Shown: piece after piece, positions 1 to 12,940 of the stretch
Numbering within the stretch: the stretch's first letter is position 1
Layout of the letters: each line of letters opens with the position of its first letter
Source of the DNA: the human T2T-CHM13v2.0 reference genome, Homo sapiens
Assembly: GCF_009914755.1 (NCBI RefSeq)
Contig: NC_060929.1
Reading direction: 5' to 3' (one strand)
DNA length: 64,000 nucleotides
The notes under the pieces: model-generated
What the model saw: only the letters and a program-made list of their open reading frames with translations
Database searches by the model: none
Told to the model about the DNA's origin: nothing
Position numbers and translations under genes: made by a program

Positions 1-539
1 TCAAGTCTCATATCTGCCAAGAAAATGGGACAACAGATGCAGACATTTCCTCTCTCCCTTTTTGAACCCAGTGTCCTCATCTCTCATTGAGGGGGCCAGA
101 TTAGAGGCCTTCCAAGGTTTCTTCCAGATAACATAACACCCATAAAGCCACCTGCCTGGCAAATCTCCTCAATAAAGGGTGTAGGTGTTTGTTCCCATGT
201 GCAGCCCCTCAGGCACGGAACTCATGCAGGCAGGAGATATGTTTCATCCTTCCTGGCAACCGTTCAGGTCTTCTCTTTGTCTTCAGAGCTTTACGGTTTC
301 ACTACAATATGTCTAAGTGTGATTTTTAAAAAATATTTATTTATTTATTTTTATTTTACTTTTCCTACTTGGAATTTGTTGGCTTCCAAAACCCGAGGGT
401 TAACAACTTTTACCAATTCTGGAAAAGTATCTGCCATCATCTCTTTAATTCTTCGTCCTCCTCCTATTATCTTTGGGAAATCTGATTAGATATATAATAA
501 ACTTTTTCAGTCTATCTTACAGTAAATTTTTGAGAGGAA

Positions 540-880
540 TACAACCAAATACAACAAAAACAATTACTTTTTGCTCACAGGTTCGTGGGTTGGCCCTGGA
601 GGCTCTGCTCCATCCAGAGCCACTTGGTTCAGGTCTGATCCACCTGGCTCTCCTTCCAGGACCCAGGCTGCAGGGGCACAGTTACCTGGGTGAATTCTCA
701 GGCCTTATAGGGCCAAGACAAACCACAGAAGTACATTTAACTTCTGCACATATCATGGCCACTCACACTCCATTGGCTGAAGAAAGTCACGTGGCAAAGC
801 TCCAAATAAGGGGGTGAGAAGTCCACTTCAGCCATGGAGTCAGTTGGGGATTATTTGCTGAGCAATAATACAATCTACCT
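540..880 (-). mobile_element. Old MaLR LTR fragment (MLT1J/K-like)
   Basis: Contains tttttgctcaca and ccattggctgaagaaagtcacgtggcaaagc, typical of MLT1 LTR relics; heavily diverged. Confidence 0.45.
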
Positions 881-1399
881 CAGCCTGTCATCTTTATCAC
901 AAATATTCACTTCCCTCCCTCAAGCAAAATGTACTTACTTCCTCCCCAGATGGTTCAAAAATTTCCAATCCAATCACAGCATCAGGCTGGAAGTCTTGTC
1001 TCCATCAGTTCCTATTCACCCAGAGGCCCATGAACTAGAGACAAGTATTTGCCCCCAGTTCACCCACCAAAAAACCACAATATACAGTTGAAGAGCTGGG
1101 ACAGAGTAGCCACAACTGTCCCATTTGAAAGGGGGACAAGCAGGAAGCACAGAACAGGGGTTCACAGCAGATTCTTCCTTTGGGGAAAATACCGTGAGGT
1201 CTTCCTACCCTGGGGTTAGACAATATTCCTGGATTAGGTCCTGCTTCTGCTCTCTGGGAACAGCTCCCAGATCCACTGGCTCCTGGTTTCACCCTCTGGG
1301 AGTTCCTTCCTTTCCACCATGTTCCTTGTCGACTTCCAGAAAAAAAAGCATTAAAAATATACCCTCCCTAGAGTGGCTGAGTACCTTTCTCAGCCTACC

Positions 1400-1850
1400 T
1401 TCTGCCAATAGAAAGTGGGAGTCCGAGGCTTTTTTTTTTGTATGGGTCAGTTGTTATTGGTTGCATTTTATAAGGTGCTACAAGAAAGAAATGAACTCAG
1501 TAAAGAACTGGCTGGTTTGCAAACAGAATTGACAGTCCTGAAGTTCTTAGACTTTTGCAGTTGCAGAATGGAACTGTTTCCTCACCAAATTCAGGGTGTA
1601 GCCATTAAGATATAGCCATAGGTCAAAGACGAAATTAAAGCATAGCCATTAAGACATTGTCTCAGAACAAAAATCAGATTGCAGATATGGCCATCACACA
1701 ACTTTGGTAAAACCTTAAAACCTCTGATTAGATTAAGGTCATACCTGGTAGATTGATTTAACAGGACAAAATGGCTCCTGTGGAAGCCTAAAGAGCCCCA
1801 AATACCTAGAATTAAGTTGAGCACATGTGAGAGACTGTGTGAGTGCATGC
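1400..1850. mobile_element. MaLR internal-sequence fragment (MLT-int-like)
   Basis: aaggtgctacaagaaagaaatgaactcagtaaagaactggctggtttgcaa resembles the MLT1 internal consensus as I recall it. Confidence 0.35.
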
Positions 1851-3581
1851 ACGATGGATGGCTCCAAAGAATGGTGGGTCTGGCTTTTGGCATATTGAGT
1901 TGGGCTTGGCAGATCATGGAGGTGACACAGTCATGGCTGCCGTGCTCATGCAACTCTGGCCTCAGCTGCAGCTTTTAGCACTGTGGATTTCCACACCTGT
2001 CCTTTTTTCTTTTCTTTTTCAGCTGAGTCTTACATGTAAAGTTATGTTTATTATGTCTTATCCAGCATTTCTGGCTGTTATGGTGGGAGGGTGGTCTGCT
2101 ACATTGTCAGGAGCAGGTCTCCGTTGCACAGCACCCTGACCTCACTCTTCCTGGCACACAGTATGCACTGTTTCTCAAGAAGCCTCTAGGACACAGCCCT
2201 GGACTCAGCCCAGGGGCCATCCAGAGGAAGAAAAGACCCAGTTTCTCTTTATGGAGGCTATTGTCAGAGAGAGGACAGGACATATAAACAAAAGGTGCAT
2301 GAATTACATCTTGCGTGCAAGAGGGAGGCTCAGATGAAAGAACCTAGTAATTCATGCATTTTAAATGCATCTGCTGTGTGCAAGACCCTATGTTAGTGTC
2401 TTGCCTATTCATATAATTGTATTGAAACAGCAGCCTTTTGAAGTGTTTACAAATGAGGAAACTGAGTCTTAAAAATGGCAAGTGCTGTAGAAAAAGCCAC
2501 AAGGTTAGTAGGTGGCTGAACTGAGAAGCCAGGTTTGCCTGGCTCTGAGGTCCACCCTCTCTTCACTGCCCTGTGTTTCTTCAGAAAACAAGGCATGGCA
2601 AGGCATAACGGGCTGGGCCAGGCTATGTGGCTGGCAGCGCAGACAGAACGACCCTTGGACAGGCAGACAACCCTGCACAGCCACGGCTCTGAGTGTGGCA
2701 TGTGCAAGCTGACTGTGGATGTCAGCTGGGGTGGGCCTTGACAGAATTTCTCCTCTTCCCTTTTCATGACAGTAGTAGACACTCAAATGACACAAAGAGT
2801 AAATCTTTTAAAATGAGGGTGTGGGATGCAGTACACACAGGCAAAGGGCTGTGTGGTGTGGTTAGGACTGGAGGGGTACCGAGGCATTGTGGTCTTTAAG
2901 GTCAGGATCTGGAGCCTCTGGTGACTAGAGTGTGGATGCAAGACATTGAGGGACAGGTGGGTGTGGGTGTTGGTGGCTATTTTGTTGAGTGACTCCCAAA
3001 TGCTCACCAGCAAGATCTTTTGGGGCCCTGGGCTCCTCAGCTTTTGTTTTAAATCAGAATTCATTCCCAAGGATCCCAGTGGGTTCATCACATAGTTTGG
3101 ACTTAAATCTTCTCCTGCACCAGCAGTGTCCGCTTATACCTTTTCCATGATGAAAGCCCCATTTCCATCTTTTTCCCCAAGCACTACTCTCTGCCGCATG
3201 CAGCCTGTTCCACTGCTTGGTCACTTCTGTTGATACTAGGATGTCCCCATCACTGGAGGAAAGGCTCCAGCAATGTTCGTGGCAGAGGAGGAAAGGAAGC
3301 TGATCAGAGCAGCCTGACAACTGGTTTTACTTCCAGCCTCAGGGACTAGAGGGGCCCTTATTCTGTGTCAGCCTCACTTTCCTGGGCTGGCAGGGCCGGG
3401 TGCTCTGCTCGGGCCCTGGAATGGTCTGGTGGCCCAGCTGCTGGATGCAGTGTGCTGAGTTAGGTTCAGAAAGACTTTCTCAGTGCAGCAGACTTGAAGC
3501 TGGGACCTCTGGATGGGATTCTGTTTCGATGGGGAAGTGCCAGGGCAGGGAGAGGAGTGTAGTGATTAAGAAAGTGGACTT

Positions 3582-3888
<307 letters not shown>

Positions 3889-3905
3889 GGGGGGGGCGGG
3901 GAGGG

Positions 3906-4095
3906 ACTTCAGAGTCACACAGACCTGGATTCAAGCCCTGGTTCTGTTGCTTGCCCATATGAACTTGGGCAGGTCCCTTAAATGCTCAAAGCCTCAGCTT
4001 CCCTACCTGTGAGAATGAGGGTCATGGTTCTTCCCTTGTTGTGGTAGGGCCTGTAGCTCAGTGCTTGACACATGATAAGGAATTAACAAATGCTA
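3906..4095 (+). mobile_element. MIR (continuation of the element starting ~3555 that the Alu interrupts)
   Basis: agagtcacacagacctggattcaagccctgg...ttgggcagg...gcctcagcttccctacctgtgagaatgaggg matches the MIR core. Confidence 0.7.
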
Positions 4096-5844
4096 CCTGT
4101 CGTTGCTGGTTTTGAAAGGCCTCCTAGAGTCCATGGTGCTGGGTTCTGTTGGCTCTGGTCTGAGCGATGGAAGGGAGCTCAGATGAAAGAACTAGTAATT
4201 CAGACTGTGAGTTACAGCCTGGCCAAGTGATGGCCCTCCAGCTTTGGGAGCAGGGGGCTTGAAGGGGGCAGGCCCCTTCCTATAACTTCTTCATATCCCT
4301 GGCAAGTGAGTCCCCTGCTCCCCACTCAGCTGGGGGTGGTCTGCCCTGGCCTGCCCATGTCCAAGTCCTCCTGGGAGGCTGTGGTGGCTGTGCTTATGTG
4401 CCTGTGCCTAAATGTGAGTTGGGTTGCAAGGGCTTTTCCTAAATGAAGGCTGTGGAGGAGGCTGATGCTGAGGACAGAAATCTAAAGAGAAGGCAGGCAC
4501 TCTAGGGCCCCTGAGGGGCCCTAGAAAGCCTGCATGCCCCATGTGTGGAAAAGGGTAGATGTTCATCCTCTGGGTTGCACTGTGCCTGGGATTCTGATCA
4601 TGTTGGGTCTTGTGGGCTCAGCCAGGGAGGAGTGCGGGCGATCCATCATTGATGCTCCATGTGGTTAATGAAGGCACCTGAGGCCCTAAGGAGGTCCCTG
4701 ACAAGAAGGCTCAGAATGTCCACACCAACTCCATCCCATGCAAATTTTGCAGATTGATGCTTGACCTGCCAGCTGGGAATGACTACCCTAGTCTGCGCAT
4801 ATGAAGAACAGGTGGAGAGCAGCAGCAAGATTGTCTGTGGGAGGAACCCCCAGGGCAGGTGTGATAGGGCATCTGTCCCCTTCAGTGCCCACAGTGGGGC
4901 AGATGCAGGGACCTGGAATTGAGGGGCAGAGGGAAGCCCAATGTATGGTCTTCTCACCATGCCCGCTTTCTGGAAGGCATGGTCGGGTTTCTTGGCTACC
5001 CACGCCACGGTTCATCTGGGACAGGGCACCTCAAAATGCAAACGAAAAATGTTTCAAATATAATAGCAAATATGCAACGAGGATGCACTGTGTGCCAAAA
5101 TCTCAGGATTTAAAAGTGAAACAAGTGCCACCACTCACCATCCTGAAGGCTCACTGTTCATCCCCTGCTCTATTTTGCCATCTTCCCCCTCCTTGCGTTT
5201 TCATGGTAGGCCTGTGGGAGGAGACCATGAACACCCCCACTTCCCAGCTGAGGAAACTGCATCTGGAGAGCCCAGGCCCACTGCCCACGGTGGCACAGCC
5301 AAACAGCGGCGGAAGCAGGAGTGGACTTCAGAGCCAGCACTGCTGTGTCCCCTCGCTGCCCTGGGGAGAGCCTAGAGCCTGCCCCACTGGACTGCCTGTG
5401 GCTCTGCTGCACTCATATTTCACCCCCACCAGGAATTTGCAGTGTTGAGAACTAACTTGAAAAGCAGGAGGCTGGAGCCCGTGTTTGAGCTTTGTCAGGC
5501 GGGTGCTATGAAAGATTGGAGTGAGGCATGGCCACCTGCTGTGAGAAGACACAGGTTAAGAGGTACAGGGCCTGAGCCCTAACCCCTGCAAGGGAGAAGG
5601 GCCCAGCTGGCCTTGGGACTAATCCAGCCACAGGAGAGGGGCTCTGTGCTCCCTTGGCCAGCAGGTGCCCTCGCAGTCCCAGTCATCCTGAGGGCACAGG
5701 ATGCTCCTTCCAAGGGTGGACAATGCTGGGAGAAAGAATGGGGAAAGCAGAGCCTCATCTACTGGATTTCCTTCTCTCTGAGAACAGAGTGCATAGATCC
5801 CATTACCTTTCCTGATGACGACACTTCATCCATCTTTCTGGTGG

Positions 5845-6357
5845 TGTGAGGCGCACTTATGCCCCAAGGACCTATGAGGATGTCATCATCCTAAAGATGT
5901 CCACATCCTAATCCTCAGAATCTGTGCCTGTGATCCCTTCCATGGCAAAGGGACTTTGCAGATGTGATTAAGTGAAGGACCTTGAAGCGGGAGAGTATCC
6001 TGGACTTTCCAGCTGGGCCCAATGTCCTCCCCTTGATGGGGTGTCAGAGTCAGAGAAGGAAACATGATGACAGTGGAGTGAGAGAGGGAGACGTCTGAAG
6101 ATGCTCCACGGCTGGCTTTGAAGATGGGGGCAGGGGCCATGAGCCAAAGAATGTGAGCTGCCTCCAGAAGGTGAAAGAGGTGAGGAAACAGATTCTCCTA
6201 GAGCCTCCAGGAGAGCACAGCACTGCTGACGCCTTGATTTTTAGTAGAGTGGGGCCTATCGTGGACTTCTGACCTCCAGAGTGATGAGATATTTTGTGTT
6301 GTTTTAAGCCACGAATTTTGTGGCAATTTGTCACAGCAGCAGCAGGAAACTAGTACA
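5845..6357 (+). mobile_element. Solo MaLR LTR (MLT1C/D-like)
   Basis: aaagatgtccacatcctaatcc...catggcaaagggactttgcagatgtgattaag...ttttaagccac...gcagcaggaaactagtaca terminus. Confidence 0.85.
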
Positions 6358-7984
6358 GTCATGAAGACCCAAGGATAGGTTAGAGGAGAAAAACAGCAGA
6401 GCCCAGTCCTTGACACGCACCAGAGCTGCCTCCCTCCAGGCCCCGCTGCCGTACCCAGGCCACTGTTCCTAAGTGCTCTTTCTGTGGAGGCCTGGTCCCC
6501 CTCTTGCTGCCAGCTGGCTGCCCAACCACCTGCAGTGCCTCAGCATCTGTCTCCTTTGGAATTACACCTGACAGCGCATGGAGCAAACAGAGGGATACAG
6601 TTCACGGGGACAATGTCCGCGTCACCGCTGTGGGAAGGTGCCCCTTCTTTCCTATGGAATCACGATTGTGAGCATTGTGAGTGATTTCTCTCCATTTGGC
6701 TGCATTTCTCAACAATTTCTGGCCCCGTGGCTGTGCTCTGGAGAGCTGGGGCTCCCAGAAGGCTGACTGCCAGCCAGAAAATGGCTTCTGAGCAACATCA
6801 GGGAACAGGAAGGAGAATTCACTCTACTTTTGTCCCTGTATAGAAAGCCAAAACAGTGGTGGGATGTGTGAGCTTTTTTCAGAAATACCTTTTGGCTTTG
6901 TTGTACTCAGAGAGCCAGCACTAAACCAACACCTTCATCCACAGCTTTAAGAAGAGAGCGTGTGATCGGCAACTGACTTTGTTGAGAGGGACTGTTAGGC
7001 TGTGGTGATGGACACGGGGGCAGGGTGGCCAGGGACAATCAACTTTGGTGTTCTGCTTTGTTAAGGGGGTTGGGAATCTTCCATGAACAGACCAGCCTTT
7101 GCTCATAGTGGGCCTCCTCCCAGAACCCATGGATCCACACATCCCCAGACCTTTGAACAACTTAAGAAAAACAAATCACCTCTTCATCCAGAGGAATTTA
7201 GCCCAGACAATTGCCATGGGATTTGGGCATTTCAAGGCTGTTATAAAAGAGGCACAGACAGAAAGCCAAACGAGACTGTGACACCTGTCTCCCGGTGCTG
7301 ACAAGTGTCGGTGATGGGCTGTGGAGCAAGTCCCTCTGCACCCTGGGCCTCAGTTTCCCTACCTGCTCCGCAGTTGTTCTCCATGGATCCATCCATTTCT
7401 GACTTGTACAACTGGTTAATTCCAGGCTGGAACATAATCCCAGTCCTAGCTTTATACGTTAACACTGAGGACTTCTTGATGCATTCAGGGGTAAGGAGAA
7501 ACTCTTTCATGAAGAGTCCCAAAAAATTCCACAAAAAGGCTCAGCAGACAGTCCTTAAAATTTGCAAAGAGATCTCAGTTTCACAGAGAATTCCGGACCA
7601 GGATGTGGCAGAGCGATGACAGCTCTGTGAGGAGTCACTGGGCAGCCTTGACATCTGCCTGCAATGCTTCCCTCTCCACCCCTCCCTGGGTGCACGGCCA
7701 GTCAGAGACCTTCTGGTGGCCTGGCCTCTCAGGAGCCATGTCCAGTTGATCTGCATCCGATAAAAAATTGGCCCTAGACTCCTCTAAGCATCAAAAACAT
7801 TGTAGTACTACTCCTACCATCCCCACTATTGCCAACCCCAGACAACCAACACTGAACTGTGACGCTGAAATTAAAATAATCACTTTGTAGATTTGATGAT
7901 TGTAAGTTTATTGACACTGAACTTTTCTCACTTATCGAGGGACCTGCATTGCTTCTCAAGCCTGGAGTGTTTTGCATGACAGCG

Positions 7985-8400
7985 TTTAAGGTTGTGGGCT
8001 TTAGAGTCTGAGAGGACTGGGACCCAAGCTCAGTTGCGTCTCCTTGTCCCTGTGTGACCTTCAGTAAGTCATTTAACCTTCTAAACCTCAACTCCTTCAT
8101 TCTCAAGAAAGGGATAATGGCATTTCCTATTTCTTAATCACAGGTTTGTTAGAGTTCCACATGACCATTCACTGAGTACTTACTATATGCTGCGCACATA
8201 TACCGTGCCATTTAATCTACGCAACAGTCTCACGGTGGTTGTGTATATGTGTGTGTGGGGTAATTATTGCTCCTATTGCATAGATAAGTTATAGATTCAG
8301 AGAAGCTATATGACATCCAAGGTCATAGTAGCAAGTGACAGAGCTGGGACTCAAAACCCAGGAACTGACTCTGATGTGTCCTTTCTGAACCACTGAGCTA
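7985..8400. mobile_element. Two adjacent MIRs in opposite orientation (+ ~7985-8160, - ~8170-8400)
   Basis: tgtgtgaccttcagtaagtcatttaacct core on +, followed by ccaaggtcatagtagcaagtgacagagctgggactcaaaaccca (reverse MIR). Confidence 0.6.
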
Positions 8401-11035
8401 ATACCCACCAAGTGCCCAATCGGTGGAGGCTGCCGTTGGCATCACTCATTTGTGCCTGGCACATAGCACATTGGTACTGTGCTCAGTACCAATGACTGAA
8501 CGGAAAGCTGTGTGCAGATGTATGCAAACCCAACCCTGGAGCACGTGTTGGGTCTCAGTCATAAAATCTGGGTTCCCTTGACCTTGACAGGGTGGCAAGT
8601 GGGCAGACGATGTCCTTAGGGACTGTTCCAGGACAAGGCTTGGCACGAGAATGCCCTCTGGGGTGCCCTGAGCAGTCTCCTTCTCTTCCTTCTGGGTAGG
8701 CAGGCACTTTTGGAGTCCGAGTCTGGACCCTGGATCCTGGAGGCGGGCACAGGGTTGCTTAGCTTTAAGGGGTAAGTTCAAAGCAAATAGGAAGCTCTCT
8801 TAAAAATGAAGGGCAGCATGAATGTCGGGGCCAAAGGAGGATGGTTGAGAATTCCTAGTAAAACTTTACAGCTTCCATGTTTCCCCTCCTCTAAATCTTC
8901 CCATGAAAATCATGCATCTGGGGGGCCGTCTTGGCTGAACGAGGGCGGGAGCCACCCATTAGCCCAGCTGAGGGGGGGCTTTCTGGCTTCATTAGTGCCC
9001 GCCCATGGCCCTGGTGGACAGACAGCCTATGAATTGGGGGCCATGCTCCAGGCCCATGGGCAAGGAGAAGCAGCCACAGGTGCCCAACAGAGCTGGATGG
9101 CACTGACAGGGTCCTCCAGCCCTGCTGGACTGCAAGTGGGCAGCGGAAGCTCAGCTGCTGTCCCTTTTATGCGTATTGACTTAGTGGAGTGCAAACATGT
9201 TAAAAGTTCACTTTCTCCTTTATAGGAGTCTATAAAAAGTCTCTTAAACTGGAGCCCTAGGGCTTCAGCGAGACAAACGTAGGATCAGGCTTTGTGGGGG
9301 TGCAGTGCTTCCCTCAGCCTTCAGCACAGAGGTGTGAGCCTATTTAAGATAGAGCTGCGGCAGGCTCATGCCAGTGGGCAGAGGGGTCTGGATGTGAAGG
9401 CTGCTCTGAGGCTGCCGGGCTGTTTCTGGTGAGTCCCTGCTGGAGACTGACTGGCCCATGTGGCCCTCTGGGGTATGAGGGTGAGAGAGTTCCCGTGCCC
9501 GGGAATATTGGGCCGGGCCTGCTGGGCCGCCTGGCGTTTGGGGTTTCTAAACAAGCAGGTGTCTGTGGGAGAAATGTCCTGTGTGCAGTACTCAGGCCAG
9601 ATGAGCTCAGCAATCATCCTCCCTGGTGACTTGGGTCCTGGGGTGGCCTGCAGGGGTGAGGGAGGATGGCAGGCCTGGGGCAGAGAGGAGGGCACCTGGA
9701 GCTGTCCCTCTGGTGAACTCGTTTGGCCTTGGGAGCCATAGAGCCCACAGTTGCGCGCCTGTGGGACACACCCTGGAGAGGACGGCTGAGGGAGAGGTGA
9801 CGAGCCTCATGGACAAGCCCCGGGAGGCAGTCATGGGCTTTGGAAACAGCGTTTGCTCACTAGGTCTTAGTTTCCACATCTGTCAAGTTGGAGGGTGGTC
9901 CCTAACTCTGCATGCGAGTCTCTTGGGGTTGCCACGAGGATATAGTTAGAGGAGTTTGGGGATGGCAGGACAGGCGTTTTGTGGCCCAGAGCGATGAGCT
10001 CTGCAGAAGGCTACTGCAGGGTGACCAGGTGACCCCAGCAGGTGTTGAGACCAGAGCCTAACACTCATTAATTCACCCACTAGCTAATGGGTGGCCTAGT
10101 GGATGCAGGTGCAGGGCTCACTCCGAGGGCCTGGCCACGGCCACCCTGTCCTGCTCTCCATGCCTTCGTGTGTGCCACACCATGGCGTTGAGCAGGAGCA
10201 TGTGGGCCATCGCTGCTCACAGGCACGTGCGTATGCATCGGGGCATCCACCTGACATCTGCGTGCCTCTCAGCTCTGCTGACCTGACCCGTGCAGGGGGC
10301 TGTGTCACTGAATGGGTTTTGCAAGTACAGCTGTGGCCTCAGTCCATCAGCTCGCACTCCCCAGGGTACCTGGTACCTGGCCTCAGGTGGCTGAAGCCAG
10401 GCAGTGAGCAGGTCCCTCTAGAAACTGGGGATGGTTGGTGGGACCAGACTAGCCTCATTGGCCCCTTGCAGGCCTGGCTAGGGCATGAAATTCCACACCA
10501 GCCCCTGAGTGACCTTTAGCCCAGGTTCAAACAAGTCTGAGCTTTCCTGAGAGGAGGAGGTGTTCAAAGCTAAATGAAAGCCAGGAAGGGAAACACAGAC
10601 GCCTTTTTAAAAGGACAGTCATCCCTCTGGGTGCACATCTATTCAAAACACAGGAAGAGGTTAGACAGGTTCTGTGCCTGAGAGGCAGGCTGGCTTTGAA
10701 GTCAGAGCTAGTTTCGCGACACCGCCTTGCTGGAGTTCCTTAGCTTGTCTGAGTCCGTAAGATAGAGGTGTGTCACTCATGATAAAATCTTTTGGAGGGA
10801 GTTGAATGTGATGTGAATGTCGGGCACCCAGCACTGTGCTGGGACATAGAAATGTTCAGTCCATGGGTGTTACGGTTTCTAGCATCATAATATCACTGTC
10901 ATCGTTATTACTAGCATAGAACCATTTGCTTGGGGGAAATGCCTTGGTTGTGGCTTTTGCTCCATACACTGAATCAAATGATATGGAAAACATGGGGTGT
11001 CGCCCTGAAGGGCTCCATGGCTAAGTGTTCTAGAA

Positions 11036-11226
11036 CAGAGCTAACCAGTGCAATTCCCTGCAATGCTGGAGATGTCTATAATCATTGCTGTCCAACATGG
11101 TAGCCACTAACCACATGTGGCTGCCAAGCATTTGAAGTGTAGCTAGTGTGAATGAGGAACTGAATTTTTAATTGTATTTAACTTTAGTTTAAATACACGT
11201 GACTAGTGTCTACTGTATTAGTGCAG
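11036..11226. mobile_element. MER3-like hAT-Charlie MITE with perfect 8-bp TSD
   Basis: gctgtccaacatggtagccactaaccacatgtggct...gaggaactgaattttt; flanked by ttctagaa at 11028-11035 and 11227-11234. Confidence 0.85.
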
Positions 11227-12149
11227 TTCTAGAATGTTCCTTCCAAGTGGATGTTGCCCAGTTCCCCTCTGAGCTGTGACAGCGCTGCATGGAGGGGCTG
11301 GCCGATGCCTCCAGCACCCTTGGCCACATGCAGTAAAGATGGGCTCTGATGGGGTGTGGTAGTGATCGCCACCTGGGCATGAGCTGGCTGCTCTGGAGCA
11401 CAGACTGCAGCCAGACCCTGGGTTTCAGATGTGGCAGTTACACAGCTTCCACCCTCCATGGGAATCAAAGTAAGAGTCGCGGTTCCCATCCACTAAGGAT
11501 TTCCGACTGATGCTGTGTGGCCAACTCAATTTTACAGAAGAAAACATGCCCTGAAGAGGGGTGGTGACTTGTCCCAAAGCGCACGCGATGGTGGCCTACC
11601 TCTTCCTGCCTCTAAACCAGCTCCTCATATCAGAGTAAAGGACCAGCCGGGTTTCCTACTGAAGGAGAGCCAAGCGCAGAGGCTCAAGGTCACCGGTGCA
11701 GATGCCCAGTGCTTCCCTCACCTGGCTCCCTCCTGGCCCCCCCCACCACCACACCCCACCCAGGCCACCTCTACGGGGCCCCCTGGATGGTGAGACGCCT
11801 CCCTGTATCCTGTTATCTATTCCTGGCAATGCCCTTGACAGCGGGGTGGCCTGGGCCGTGAGTAGCTTCCCATGTTACAGCTGCGGGGATGGAGGCTCCG
11901 AGGGATGGAGCGACCTGCCTGAGATCCCACAGGGAGTTGGCCAATCTGCCTGCAGGGAGGCAAGGCCGTCTGGGGCCTTTCTGTTGCCCAGCCCAGTTCT
12001 CCCGCCAGGCAGGTCCTCCCTGCCTTGTTGGACTTCCTGTGGCATTCACTGGGTGGACGGCCACACCCGGGACACATCCCCCAAAACTGGCTTCAAGCTG
12101 TACCGTCCACAGAGGCTGGCCAGGGCCCGGAGTGGGGTGGTCCTGCTCA

Positions 12150-12545
12150 GAGGGTGGGTGGGTCGGCGGCGGGGAGGCTGACAGGCCTTAATGGGCACAT
12201 TGTCCCCTTGCTGTGAGAGCGCCGTCCCGCCACCTCCTCACACGCGTCGTGCTGGATGAGCTCATGTCTGAGGCTGTGGGCGGCACGGGGCAGCCGAGCC
12301 GGGCTGCAGGGAGGCCCGTCCCAGAGAAGCCCGCGCGGGCTGGGGCAGGCGGAGCCGTGAGGCGGAACCTTGTAATGAGCGACGCCGGCTGGATTTATGG
12401 GGCTGCGCACGTGCGCCTGGCCTTCCTGCGAGGGCCTCCGCATGGGAACAAAAACAAGTCCTGGCCCGGGAATGGCGCGACTGAGTCTTAACAAGGGCGC
12501 ACTAATTACTGGAAGGCCCGGGCCGGGACCCCAACCTGGGAGGAG
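12150..12545. promoter_or_regulatory. Small orphan CpG-rich element, candidate enhancer
   Basis: Very high GC content with dense CpGs relative to flanks, no recognisable repeat, homeodomain-type motifs (ggatttatgg, ctaatta, taatga). Confidence 0.5.
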
Positions 12546-12774
12546 CAGAACTTGGGCCCCGTTGTGTGTCCATTTGGGCTTTGCTGGGGTCCCTGGTCTT
12601 TTTACCCAGGAGGCCCAGAAGGAAGCCCAGACTCTCAGGGCCTGCCCGGGGTCCTCCTCTCTCCAGCTCTTTGGTCTTGGACGAGGTGCTCATCCGAACC
12701 TCTCGTCCTTTTTGAGGCCCTTGGGAGGCAGCATACCAGGATGAAAGAGAGTTGACCACAGAGTCGCAGGTCCC

Positions 12775-12940
12775 TGGCTGTGAGTCCTGGTTCTGCCAGG
12801 TTCCTGCTGTGTGGCCTGGGCAAGTCACTTCACCTCTCTGATCTAAGCTCCCTTTACCTAGAAAGCGGGGCTATGATGTTCCCTTGGCAGGGCTTTTAGG
12901 AGGATTTGATGAAATGATGCACGCAGACTCCTCAGCTTAT
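12775..12940 (+). mobile_element. MIR
   Basis: gctgtgtggcctgggcaagtcacttcacctctctg...aggatttgatgaaatgatgcac. Confidence 0.65.
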
